Source: Ptychomitrium polyphyllum
Taxonomy: Eukaryota
DNA length: 64,000 bases
Assembly (NCBI GenBank): GCA_973851085.1
Contig: OZ316776.1
Span: 7,192,001-7,256,000 of the forward strand
Direction: 5' to 3'
The notes beneath the pieces were generated by a model, which saw nothing but the letters and a program-made list of their open reading frames with translations, was not told the origin of the DNA and searched no databases. How positions within the stretch are numbered: position 1 is the first letter of the stretch; the number at the start of each line of letters is the position of its first letter. The position numbers and the translations under genes were made by a program. Below are positions 52,941-64,000 of the stretch, one piece after another.

Positions 52941-55900
52941 CTACACACCACTGCATAAGAGAGTTTTAAAAACCAATGAGCAAGACTGCATATTGTGTGC
53001 AAAAGAAGACTATCTATGGGTTCACCTCAAAACAGAAACTCATATCAAGTGATCGCAATCAAAACAACACAGAATTTGTCTAACTCGTGGAACTAGAAAG
53101 GCTCCAGAAGACCAAATAGCTATGGCCCTGATTTCGTGGAGTCGGGTGGGCAGCAGATTGTTGACCTGGTATGATTCCTGCTTTATCTTTCCTATTAAGT
53201 TGGTGGTCCTGGGGTGGTCTTATCCCAAGGTCCATTTCATGATCTGGAGACACATTCGTTTTACAAAGGGACTAAATACTCGCACGGCACTCAGTATTAA
53301 AGCTTAGTTCGAGTTCATTTGCAGCGCATTTCTTAATTGCCAGTTTAAAAGAATATAAAAAATAGGTATGTTGACAAGCCGGACGCCTAGACTAGTAAAT
53401 CAAATCACAGAATTTCACACGTACTTCTGTTGCGGCACGGACGCTACAAACTGAGGATGCACATTCCCTCAAGTTCAACCCTACAATTTTCTCTCCAGGC
53501 TTTCAATGTTTTTCTAAATCATTCCACAAAAGTAGGGAAGTCTTCACCAAAGCAACGCAGGCTCTCAATTGCGAGCATGATGGAGGACCACGGTCGCTTC
53601 TTACTCTTAAACTCTCCAGGCAAAAGTGTAGAACGCGGACATGTTTATGTAGAATTTATGCATGTCTGCATACTTATCTGACTATTCTGATTTGTGGGTT
53701 CTGTCGCTAAAAATTGCACCTATGATCAGGAATATGCACGACATGTTGAGTCAGCTTTGAGCTTTTCTCACAGCTGTGATGAGAGCAATACCAGAGAACA
53801 TTTAATGCTGGGAAGTTATTACCATGTTCCACCTGGTTTCAAATTTCTATGGAGTGGATATACAGTAAACAAGAGCAGAAGTCTTCAAGTGCATTTAAGT
53901 CTCCATATCCGTCCGTCTAATGATGAAACTGCTTATGTAATCCTCATGCATACTGTTACTTGGACTACAAGTGGCTCCGAAGAAGGTGGCTATGTCGCAG
54001 GGTTTAGGAACACAATGAACGGATGTATACCTTTCCAATCCGGCAACATGAAGGTAAAGCCTTACTTGAAAATCAGAGGAAGAAGATGCGGTTGAACAGA
54101 ATGGCGCACCTCAGGCATTGTAGATCACGCCTTGCTGTGCCTTCGAGGAGCTTTGAAACAGCACAACAACTTCCTAATACCTTAGGTGTGGATTCCAACG
54201 CCTTGATTTACTTGCTTCATTCTCCTGCCAGACTACACTTCATGAGAAAACACCTAAATCTATCTGAGTTTCCACACTCGAGAGAATTTTCTGACAGAGT
54301 CCTGGAAGTGGAACCTACAAGAGTTTCAAGGCGACTAATTATTTCAAGACAAAGCTACTTCACGTTTGACAGTACAAGAGCCGCAGAGAAGCTGGCAACA
54401 AATTAACAAACAATCAGTCAAAACCTGTTACAGCCAGGTCCAAAGCCAGGTGCGAGACGACCTGAGCACTGAAACTCTCGGCGAGGTCTTCCAGACTGAA
54501 CATCAGAAAAACGACTCACTTTCACTGAAGCATCAACTACTGTTCTCGAAGAGCATCAAACAGCTCCATGGGCCCTCGGACGGGGAAAAACTGCGTGAAC
54601 TTGTAATTAACCTGAAGACCGAGACAGACCCCTCTTACTGTGCAAAAGCAGATGATCAGAGCCTCGTCACGAAGAAGAAGGATCTCTCACCGATCCTACC
54701 AATCCTCATCTCTTGACTTCTCAATTAACCGAAACGTTTGAGAAAGAGATGAATCTAAATTTATGGGAGTTCCAAAGTTCGAGGCACCTTCTAACCAGTT
54801 ACAGACTTGTCCTGTACAGAAGTACGATCACAAGAGTTGGTTTGTTATTTTGCTTCAGATCATTGTAAGGTGACACAAGTGTACGTTGTGCATTGCATTT
54901 CGGAGAAGGGAAATTAGAAATAGCATACTGCTCCTAATGATGAGGAACAGAACCTGACTCAGCTGCTGCGAAGCTGGTAACGGATTATGGATCAACTCCA
55001 GCTTTGGTTGGACGCACTGGAATAGTCAATGCTCTCTTTTCCATAACTTTTGTACCAGAAGTGACGATTTTGACAAACGATTTGCTTCCCTTTTTCCTCC
55101 CGCTCAAAATCATTATGGCCTCTCGATCAGTGCCTCGATACAAAAGCAACGAAAAATTATGAACCGAGACGCACTTGGGACCCAGCAGTCGGTCAAAATC
55201 CTGGCTTCACTAGACCTACCTCACACTAGAGCATCTTCTGAACACTTTTAGCTTCCTCAGCCGGCCCCATAGGTGAGTTAAATTCCAAACACACAATACT
55301 CAATCAATTAACAGTATCGGTTGAATTGTGACTTAATCCTACGTGTTGTAAGCTTAGCCAATGATGCTCTGAAACATCAGAAGCTTTCAACACATGTACT
55401 GCAAGGGGTTGCACATTCCTGAAGCTTTGGCATATAAGCTTACAACTTAGTTACTTGGAAGTTGAAACGGAATCGCTTGTGCCATGTGAGTAGTGACGTC
55501 ATGTCTTATGATTTATGAAGGTAGTGTCTGTTAATAGTGACTATAGTTCCAAGGAGTCTAGTAAGTCCCAGTTTGATATCTTTGGCAATAGAGTACACCG
55601 CACAATGTTGGATGTGGCTGCAAGTATTTGTAATCGAGGTGTAGAAGGGGCAGACTTACTCACACCAGCTTTCATCCATAAACTTTAAGTTATTTTGTGC
55701 AAGTTTACAGTTCTTCATCATTTAATAGTTGATTTTGTGTTTATTGATCCCTTCATAAAGAGTTGGATAGAACTTGTCAAAGTCAGGTACAAAGCACGCA
55801 GAAACTCGCATAACACTTTATTGTCCTTTGAAAGTGAAGGTGGAGTCCACTTCCAAGCTTTGGAGTGAAATTTTCAATCACGACAGTCATCGGGTGCGTG

Positions 55901-57864
55901 CTTGAACGTTCCTTCAGTCTTGCATGTAAGGATAGTTGTGTTCTCAAATGTACTTTGCAGGCCCCTGAGACCTGGACATTCCATTGCAGTTTGTCGGAAA
56001 TGTCCGACTGTCTTGGAAACAGAATACTACTGTTTGTCCCAATTCCTCAGTTGCACTCAACAAACACTTGCATCGTTGCTCAAAACTACCATTCAACTCA
56101 GTCTCAGTTCGCAACGTCTCTCGAACATCTAGTAAATTATGTAATCTGAAGAGAATGTTGAACTTAACACAAATGCAATATGGTCAATTCTTGACTTGTG
56201 GTAGGCTGTGATTAGTTTTGAAGAGGTTATTTTTGACAACCTTGTCTTGTTTAATTTTTTCCTATTACAAGATACAAAACAACAATTTTATTAGTTACCA
56301 ATATTCTAGAGCTTGTGAGTGTAAATGACAATTTGTATAAAGTAAATGTAGCAATGTTCTTTTTAATCTAAATAATATGTGTATCTTGAGAAGTATTAAA
56401 TCATATGTTATATAAGATATTGTATTCTAAATTGGAAACATTGACATATTATTAGATAATGGGAGATGATTCCAAAGTCATGAAAAATAGACCCAAAACA
56501 AAACCTACTCAATTACTACTATGGTTGCATAGGTTCCATCTTGAGATTGTTTTTCATAACTTCAAGCCCATCTACCATTATCTAGTTCAATCATTAAAGA
56601 CTTTCAAAATATCTTTTTGGAAAGGAATCATTCCATAAGCTAAAGATACAATTTCATTGTTAAAATTTTATTCAAAATTAAATTTATGTCTTCATGCATT
56701 AAATACTACATGCCATAATTATCAACTATTGGACTAATGGTTGGTACAGTGCTTGGCATGATATCATTTGATCCCAAGAGGCTCCTTACTTGGATATATG
56801 CACTTGCAATGTAGAAATGTGGGTGCAAATAAAGAAGTGGAGGATCCTTCAAGAACATTCTAAAATTTCAAAAACTTTAAATGGTATGATATTGAATTGG
56901 ATGTATATATTGTTAGACGTGGCACACATATACAATATTTTAGTCAATAGTTTATGTTATCCATCCTACAAAAATGAAGTATTAGACATACTAAGAAATG
57001 ACAAAAAAAACTTCAATTGTAGGAAGGCATCTCATAGTGTAAAGAACAAAAAAGAAAATTGAGTGTTATATTTTTTTTAATTTAAAACATAACTTATTGA
57101 AATTATAAACAATCATTTCATTTTAAAAATATTTTCATTAAATCTACACTTATTCAAGAACTTTTGGATTTCTTTTAATAAATATAAATCACTAAAATAT
57201 GAATTTAAATTGATTTGAAACTTATTTAAGTTGATCAAATGTAGGTCAATTTTAAAAAAAAAGGTTTAAATGTAACAAAAGTATGATCAATAATTTTTAA
57301 GGGAACTTCATAGAATGGTTCAAAATGGATCTTTGAATCTTTTTAAAAAAAAATTGCTTAATGGCTATACAAAGTACCGTATGGAAGTCAAACTTTTACT
57401 TTCATATTTTAGATATAAAATAGTTTTCTTTCCTTTATGATATTATTTTAATCTAGTTTTGGCTACTTCATTTCATGTTTAGTTTAAAACACGTAAAGAA
57501 AGACTTTATTGTCTACAAAGTTCTTTCAAATTTGATATAATGAATTGGTAGCTAATGATTTGTTTTTTAGCATTTTGATTATTCGTAGCCAAAATAGAAG
57601 TAGCGTGCATAAGGGAGGAGATGAAGTGTCGGTGATGCAGAAAATGGCAGAGTGGTGGTTTTCCTGCACGAATGATTGCGAGGGGATCAAACTTCCCTTG
57701 AGATTGCTTAGCGTTGTGTTGTCGAACAGTTTCTAGCCCATGTTGTATGGGATTTGTGGTGTTTGGTGTTGCTCATCTGATTCGTCCGGTGAATTATAGT
57801 GCGAAAGGATCAACGTTATATTTCAAGCAGTGACAAATATTGGATCCGGGTGAACTAGCTCAGC

Positions 57865-60272
57865 GTGGATTATTCCTAGCGTGCGTCGTTAGCGCACGAT
57901 TCTCGTCGAAGAATAGTGAAAAGAATGTTAGTTTTAAATGCTCGACCTCAACTCTTTCACAGTTTGCTCATCCGTCACGAAGGTGAGGTTTGGTTCAGCA
58001 ATTGGTAGACTTACTGGCCTTATAATCATGTTCCCACTCTTCTAGTCTTTTGTGAACATTGTTGTTCCTGTATCAAAACTTTCTTATGCTGTATATTGTG
58101 ATCGAATGGTGCGGGATTAGGTCCTGTTTACAACGTCACCAGCAGACCCTAGACGCTTCAGTGGCAGAAAACGTGATCCTCACTCTTCTCTACCTAGCAA
58201 ATTTTATGTATGTAGAAATGCAGATCTACGAGCACTGAAAGTGAGTAGGCTCCCACGTCACAGTCATGCTTGGGGTTTGACCGACTGGTTGGTAGTGTGA
58301 ACATTAACCACGAAGTTAGTCTGTAATAGCACATTACTCATGTCCATTCTATCTCGATTCGTGATGACGGCTTACATGGATGGTTTCATGTTTGTGAGGG
58401 GTTTATTGATTATGAAATTTGCTTAAGTTGCATTTTTATGTCAATCCACTCTACTTAGTTGCAGCATGACACACTGCAGCGCAACATGCCAGTCATAGGA
58501 CAGAATGGCGTGGAGGAGCTCCTTAAGACCGCATGGCGATTTGAAGAGAAGATCTTTCAAGCTGCAACCGATCAAGTAAGTCTTGCTTTCCAGCAATCTA
58601 ATTTAAATTTGGATTACTAAAAGTGCTGTTTTTTAAAGACTAATCCTCCTGAATGGGAGCGGGCTTAGATTGCAAAATGTCTCCTTTTGAACATGTTCAT
58701 CGTTACGGTTTTTCAATCTTTCCTTCACATAATTTTAGGCCCAACGTTTGTGCTCTTCCGCATTCATTTTATCTCTGTACACAAAGTCAGTTAAATACAT
58801 TATATGGGCACACGATTGACACTTTATATGAATGATTTATTTGCAGCAAGATTATCTACGAAAATTCTCGCTTAAGATGTTGTCACTTGAAACTCGGGTC
58901 AACGGGAATCCATTTAAGCCAGGCACTCAACTGGAGAACAGGCAACTGCGCAGGCAGCAATGAAGCCAGTAGATCCAGGTTGGTGTTTATTATTGCCCGA
59001 ACCTTAAGTTTGTGGATATGGTAGATATAGGTAAATCGGTTTCTGGTTGGTGAAGTTGAGTTGTCTTTTCATCCGGAACTTCTCCTCCGGAGAGCTGTCT
59101 TAGGAGGTCTTGGTGCAGCTCTTTTGGTCGGTGGCTTCCATTAATATCTAATAACGAAACCTCATAACTTTGATAGAATTCTGTCAATCGTCTGGGTTTC
59201 ACTCTGTAAACTCTAAGGCCTTCAGATTTATATCGTGAATTTTTTTCATACATATGGAACCAATTAAGTGAAGCGAAGATTTGCATAGGTGAATCCATCT
59301 CTTTCATTAGAGGTTATCATACATATCTGCGGCCTTTCCTCTGAACTGTTGATATGTTTGGATTTACAGCTGCTTTAGTAACGCGAAATGCTGCTCAAAC
59401 GTTGAACAATCAATAATGCGAAATGCTAAGGAGCCAGGCTCAACAGCAGCTTCAGCAGCAACAGCAACAACTTCAGCAACGTCAACAGCAGCAACAACTT
59501 CTGGCACAGTCTCTCCAGGCTAATGGAGCTGGTGGACTTCAAACCCCAGCTCCTGGGTTAGGCTCCAATTTGTCAGCAATGGCTTGTGTGCCCCAGAACC
59601 CTATGGCAGCCATGGCTGGTCAAATGAATTCCAGTCAAATGAATCCTACCATGATGAACGACCGCCTACAGCAGGTGCAGCGCACTTTGTGCAAGTTGTG
59701 ATGTGCTAAGTCTCTTCAGCTTTTCCTTAAACTCAGCCTTGTATCTGTATATCAATCCATTTTTCTAGTTATGTTTTGAAATTATGAACAAGTGCGCCAG
59801 GGTCCGTTGTTGGTTGTAGGACTTATGAAATATTTTGATCGCTTGCTTACCGTTATGAGGTTTTGAAGACTTGGAGTAGACTTCCTCTTATTTCCTAGCT
59901 GTAATGATCTGAAAATGTAAATGATGATGATGTAAACGACTTACCAGACTAACTCTAGCTCAGATCCGGTCAACATTGGCAAGTTTTAGTTGAAATACGT
60001 GTGAATAAATTTCTAATTTATCTAAAAAGTTTGGTTCTAATGCATTAGGATACTCCTGCTCGTAAGGCTGGTTATTTTGAAGATATCAAGAGGCATTCGA
60101 AGCATGTTTCTGTAACCTTAGGTCCTATGATGGTTGGTTGAAGCAAAATAATCAGCAACAACTGCTATTTCAGCAGCAGCAGCTGCAGCAGCAGCAACAT
60201 CAAGGTGCACTTTTGAAGCAGAAGTTGCAACTGCAGCAGCAACCGTTATAAACCTGGAATATACATAGCATG
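57865..60272 (+). pseudogene. MED15: Truncated pseudogene of a Mediator subunit 15-type KIX-domain, Gln-rich protein
   Basis: Exon remnants (V)DYS*RASLAHDSRRRIVKRI, ..DTLQRNMP..ELLKTAWRFEEKIFQAATDQ, QDYLRKFSLKMLSLETR, then poly-Q exons. Lesions: GTG in place of the start (57865), TAG at the conserved W (57877), apparent 1-bp deletion at ~58468, frameshift at ~58900-58960, in-frame TAA at 59414; similarity lost after ~60272. Confidence 0.82.
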
Positions 60273-61184
60273 GTATGTTAAGTATGCATAAAGTTTTTAT
60301 GATAAGTGATTTAAGATAAATTTTTACTCTAAACTTTTTGTTTCAAAAAATCTAAAATATTCTTATTTCTTATTAGTTATTTACAACTTTACTGAATAAT
60401 GTATAAACAAATACCTTTGCATCTTTAATAGAGAACCTCTAAGATTTGCCAATATGACTTTCCAATATCTATTACATGAAGAAACAATAATTGTTTAAAA
60501 AATTAGTTGTAGTTTTTTTAAAGCATGAAGAAAAATTTGTGCTACTATTCTTCTTAGTTAATATTTTGATCTAATATGATTATAAAATGACACATTAGAT
60601 GATCTTTCTAAAGTCACTACATACCATAAAAAATTTCATATAATATACTATAATATTTAGCATATGACTTATAGAAAACAATTTTTACATAAGCAAAAGT
60701 GCTTTGGCATTAATGAATTACCTTCATTCTGACTTTAATGTAAAGCTACTTGCTATCCATCATTTTCCATTTAAATCTTATTTTTGATAATCTATTTGAT
60801 GTTTGCTACATCTTAAAATTTAAATTAAGATATATTGAACATTGAAAAATAAAGGTATTAATTTCTTTAATGAATTTTTTATTTTTAGTATGATTAGTTT
60901 GGAAAATAAAAAACATTTTTCAATCAAGATGGTGTATTATCCAATACAATCTTTAAAAATTCCATAAAAAATTCTTCAATTTCTCTTAAAGTTTGTAATT
61001 ACACATTTGTGATTTTATTTTTTTTGTTTAATATTTCATTTCCATCAAACAAAATATACCTACATTAGTTCTACAAAATGATAAAATGAAAATTATTGTA
61101 AGGTTAGATTGCAAAACATTTTTATCAAAAAAGCAAAGAACTCTTGGATAAAAGCTCTCATGACCAACAAGGTTCTATTTCTTC

Positions 61185-61250
61185 AACCTATCTACAAGCC
61201 ATTTACAATCTCATACAAACCTATCTACAAGCCATTTACAATCTCATACA
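61185..61250. repeat. Perfect 33-bp tandem duplication
   Basis: aacctatctacaagccatttacaatctcataca x2. Confidence 0.95.
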
Positions 61251-62783
61251 AAGATGGTTGTAGATATAGGAACTTGATGAATAATAATGTGACATTCCAC
61301 CTTCAAAATGTTAATTAGCTACATGACTTTTGCATCAAATCTATAGCGAGGCATTTAGGCCACATGTTCTAAAAAAAAAATGTTTAGCAAAATTTGATTC
61401 TTAAATAAAATAAGTGAAATAAACCTTTAGTAATGTTCATCAGAGTGCACGGTCATCAAGCTAAAGAATGTCATGCCCTCTTAGATTTTGTTACAATCCG
61501 TGATGAGCAGCAAGTTGAGTTGTAAAAGAATGTTTTGTGAACACCAATTCAATAAGTCACTGTACCGAAAATAGTTAAGTAGACTGGTAGAGTGCTGGCG
61601 AAAAGTGAGCTTGGGATGATGCGTTCCACAGCGACCCTGGCCTGGCTGGCCTGGAACTGGAAAAGCATCATGCAGCTAGCTCCCTCTCAGCTTGGACTAC
61701 GTCAGCTATACTCCAAAACTCCAAAATTCATCAACACTCCCACTTTCACCGCACTGCTGCCCACGGCTGTGTGCTGCACAGGCACTAGAACGCTAGAACA
61801 TCACCATGATGCCAGTCGCACATTCCAACTCCACAACCAGATCTGCCCATCGTTTGACTGGCATCTCCGTTGTGAATTCTACATCTGCAGCTGGAGCTGG
61901 AGCTGGAGCTTGCTAGTTCTGAGGTGATTCTAGGTGAGTTAGCATCAAGTCATGCCTGAGGATCGCATAGCGGTGTAAAGTTTTGATCTTTTAAAGTGGG
62001 GACTGTGATGTCGGTATAGTTGGGGGACATGGAGAGCGACCATGCAGAGCAGAGGTGACATGGGTGAATGAAGCGTGGTTCGGAATCTAGATGTTGTGGT
62101 TTCTAGAATCGCAAAGTTTAGAGCTTGATAGAATTTGCTGAATAATAGTATCAGAGGTTCAGTACTAGAATTTTGGGTGGAGATTGGGCTTCTTCATCAC
62201 TATCCGGAGTTCTAGATGTGGCCATGGCCATAGACTAGGGTGCAATTGGTCTTGGATTAGTGCTCTTCTCTTCTTGCTTGGTTTTTTGTATGGATGAGAT
62301 GGAGAGACGTCTTTCGTCTTTATTCTGTTTTAGATTTTGTATAGGCCGGCAACTGAGATCGACCTCGGTTTTCTGCGTTTTGTGGTTCTGCTTCTCAAAT
62401 GAATTTCATGAAAAGTATAAATCTTTGTCTGGGAAATCAATTCTCCCGGGCCCCTAACTGTTGGGTGATCGTGACGAAGTATTTGGTTAGGATAAATGAG
62501 TTGAAGTTTAGGGAGCTTCCAGAATTTCCCCAGCGTGCTAGTGCTTGGGTTTAGGTCTATCATTTCTTATAACATGGTCCGCGGAATTTCCCACTAATTT
62601 TTAGGAATGAGAGAAGGCATATGAAATCGTTGCATTGATTGAAGCAAACAGGGAAAGGTGTGATTTGATTTCAATGGTAATTTGCGTATCCCATTTGTGC
62701 TGAGGTATTGCAGGAGGTTCTCTTATATTTACAAGCAGTCGTTTTCTTTGAATCTAGAGCTTTCCGAGGAATCCACAAAAACA

Positions 62784-64000
62784 ATGGGTGTCTCAGAGCC
62801 CAGGCATTTTGTGCTGATCCACGGTGGAGGTTTGGGTGCGTGGTGTTGGTACAAAGTGGTTGACTTTCTAAGAAAGAAGGGACACAAGGCCACGGCCATC
62901 GACCTCACAAGCTGCGGCAAAGATCACACTGACCCCAATACAGTGACCTCGTTTGTGGAATACAACCAGCCCCTTGTCGACTTTTTTGAGACTCTCTCTG
63001 AAAACGAGAAGGTTAGTATGACATTTTCGAATGCAATTTTTCTTTCTTTGTTTGCAGTGATATGTATTGACACCATCGTAGTATCTCTGCACGTTATATT
63101 GTATTCAAATTTTCCTCACGAAATAGCTTTGCACAAGCATATCAGCACACGGATGTAGTGCATTTGGTGTTTGTTATCTGTTGGACACATCTTCTGTATT
63201 TTGAAAGTACCTGCTGGGCACATTACATGTTTCAACTCCATTCGGCTAATTATTTCCTTCATCGGGTGCCAAATTGTGCACTCCACATTGTTTACATGAA
63301 TGTGACATCAAGTCTTCTAACGTGTCTGTGCAGGTTGTTCTAGTTGGCCACGATCTTGGAGGTCTGAGCGTGACTTATGCTATGGAGCACTTCCACCAGA
63401 ACATTTCAGCGAGTGTATTTCTTGCTGCTATGATGCTACCCAGCGGCTTCCCTCTTACTTTGGAGGTGCTTATTCTCCTCTTAACTTGAAATAACGTCTG
63501 ATGCATAATCACTTAGTTCTCAGCAGTTCCGCTAAGATTTTATAAGATTTCGCTTCGGTGTTTGTATGTGCTTTGATTGCAGCTGTTCGAGTTGGACCCA
63601 GAAGTTGGCAGCCATATTGAGTACACTTTTGGCGATGGAGTTCATGCTATGCCCACCGCATTGTATGTTTTGGAGAAAATGCAACCCCAGGTGTTCTATA
63701 ATATGTCTCCGTCCGAGGTAAGGCCCCATTCACATGCACTCTACCGCAAATGACTTTGACAGTTTACCAACTTTCAATGGTGGTGCTATCCTCATGTGCA
63801 TCACATGTTGATGTACTGAAGAGTACAAGTGTTGGTTCTGAAACTCTAGGCTTTTTTCGCAGGACATTGTGCTGGCGTCATTACTTTCAAAAGCTGTGCC
63901 CTTAAGGATGCTCAACGGTTCTTGCATTGATTATACTGAAGAAAAGTATGGCACCGTTCCCAAAGTGTACATTAAGACGATGCAGGACAAGATTTTCGCT
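62784..64000 (+). CDS. Methylesterase/SABP2-family alpha/beta-hydrolase (partial; exons 62784-63011, 63334-63465, 63583-63717, 63863->64000)
   Basis: HFVLIHGGGLGAWCWYK, AIDL, YNQPL, VVLVGHDLGG, YGTVPKVYIKTMQD; all introns GT-AG in phase 0. Confidence 0.92.

Noticed and set aside
53694..54716. Three consecutive 116-133-aa plus-strand ORFs
   Set aside because: No recognisable homology or splice-consistent structure; located in the probable upstream/UTR region of the minus-strand HMA gene

Overview
AT-rich, intron-containing plant nuclear DNA. Gene content, intron style and LTR families suggest a moss such as Physcomitrium or a relative (inference). The first ~21 kb is a nested inverted-repeat complex. 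Near-identical arms of at least 6.2 kb (1-6192 / 12475-18666) and a second overlapping pair of ~3.1 kb (6347-9436 / 17708-20796) enclose a single intact secreted BURP-domain gene. Each long arm also holds an older ~0.95-kb-stem hairpin, and allele patterns indicate gene conversion between copies. The duplicated arm carries the whole BURP upstream region and breaks at its TATA box. The rest of the window contains solo LTRs, a decayed chromodomain Ty3/Gypsy element, and a four-exon metallothionein-like gene that the ORF track misses. It also holds a seven-exon bacterial-type RNase HII with an N-terminal extension, an HMA-domain E/K-rich protein, a MED15-type KIX pseudogene and the 5' part of a MES-family alpha/beta-hydrolase. 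All gene models were built by hand from GT(GC)-AG junctions and reading-frame continuity. No database searches were run.
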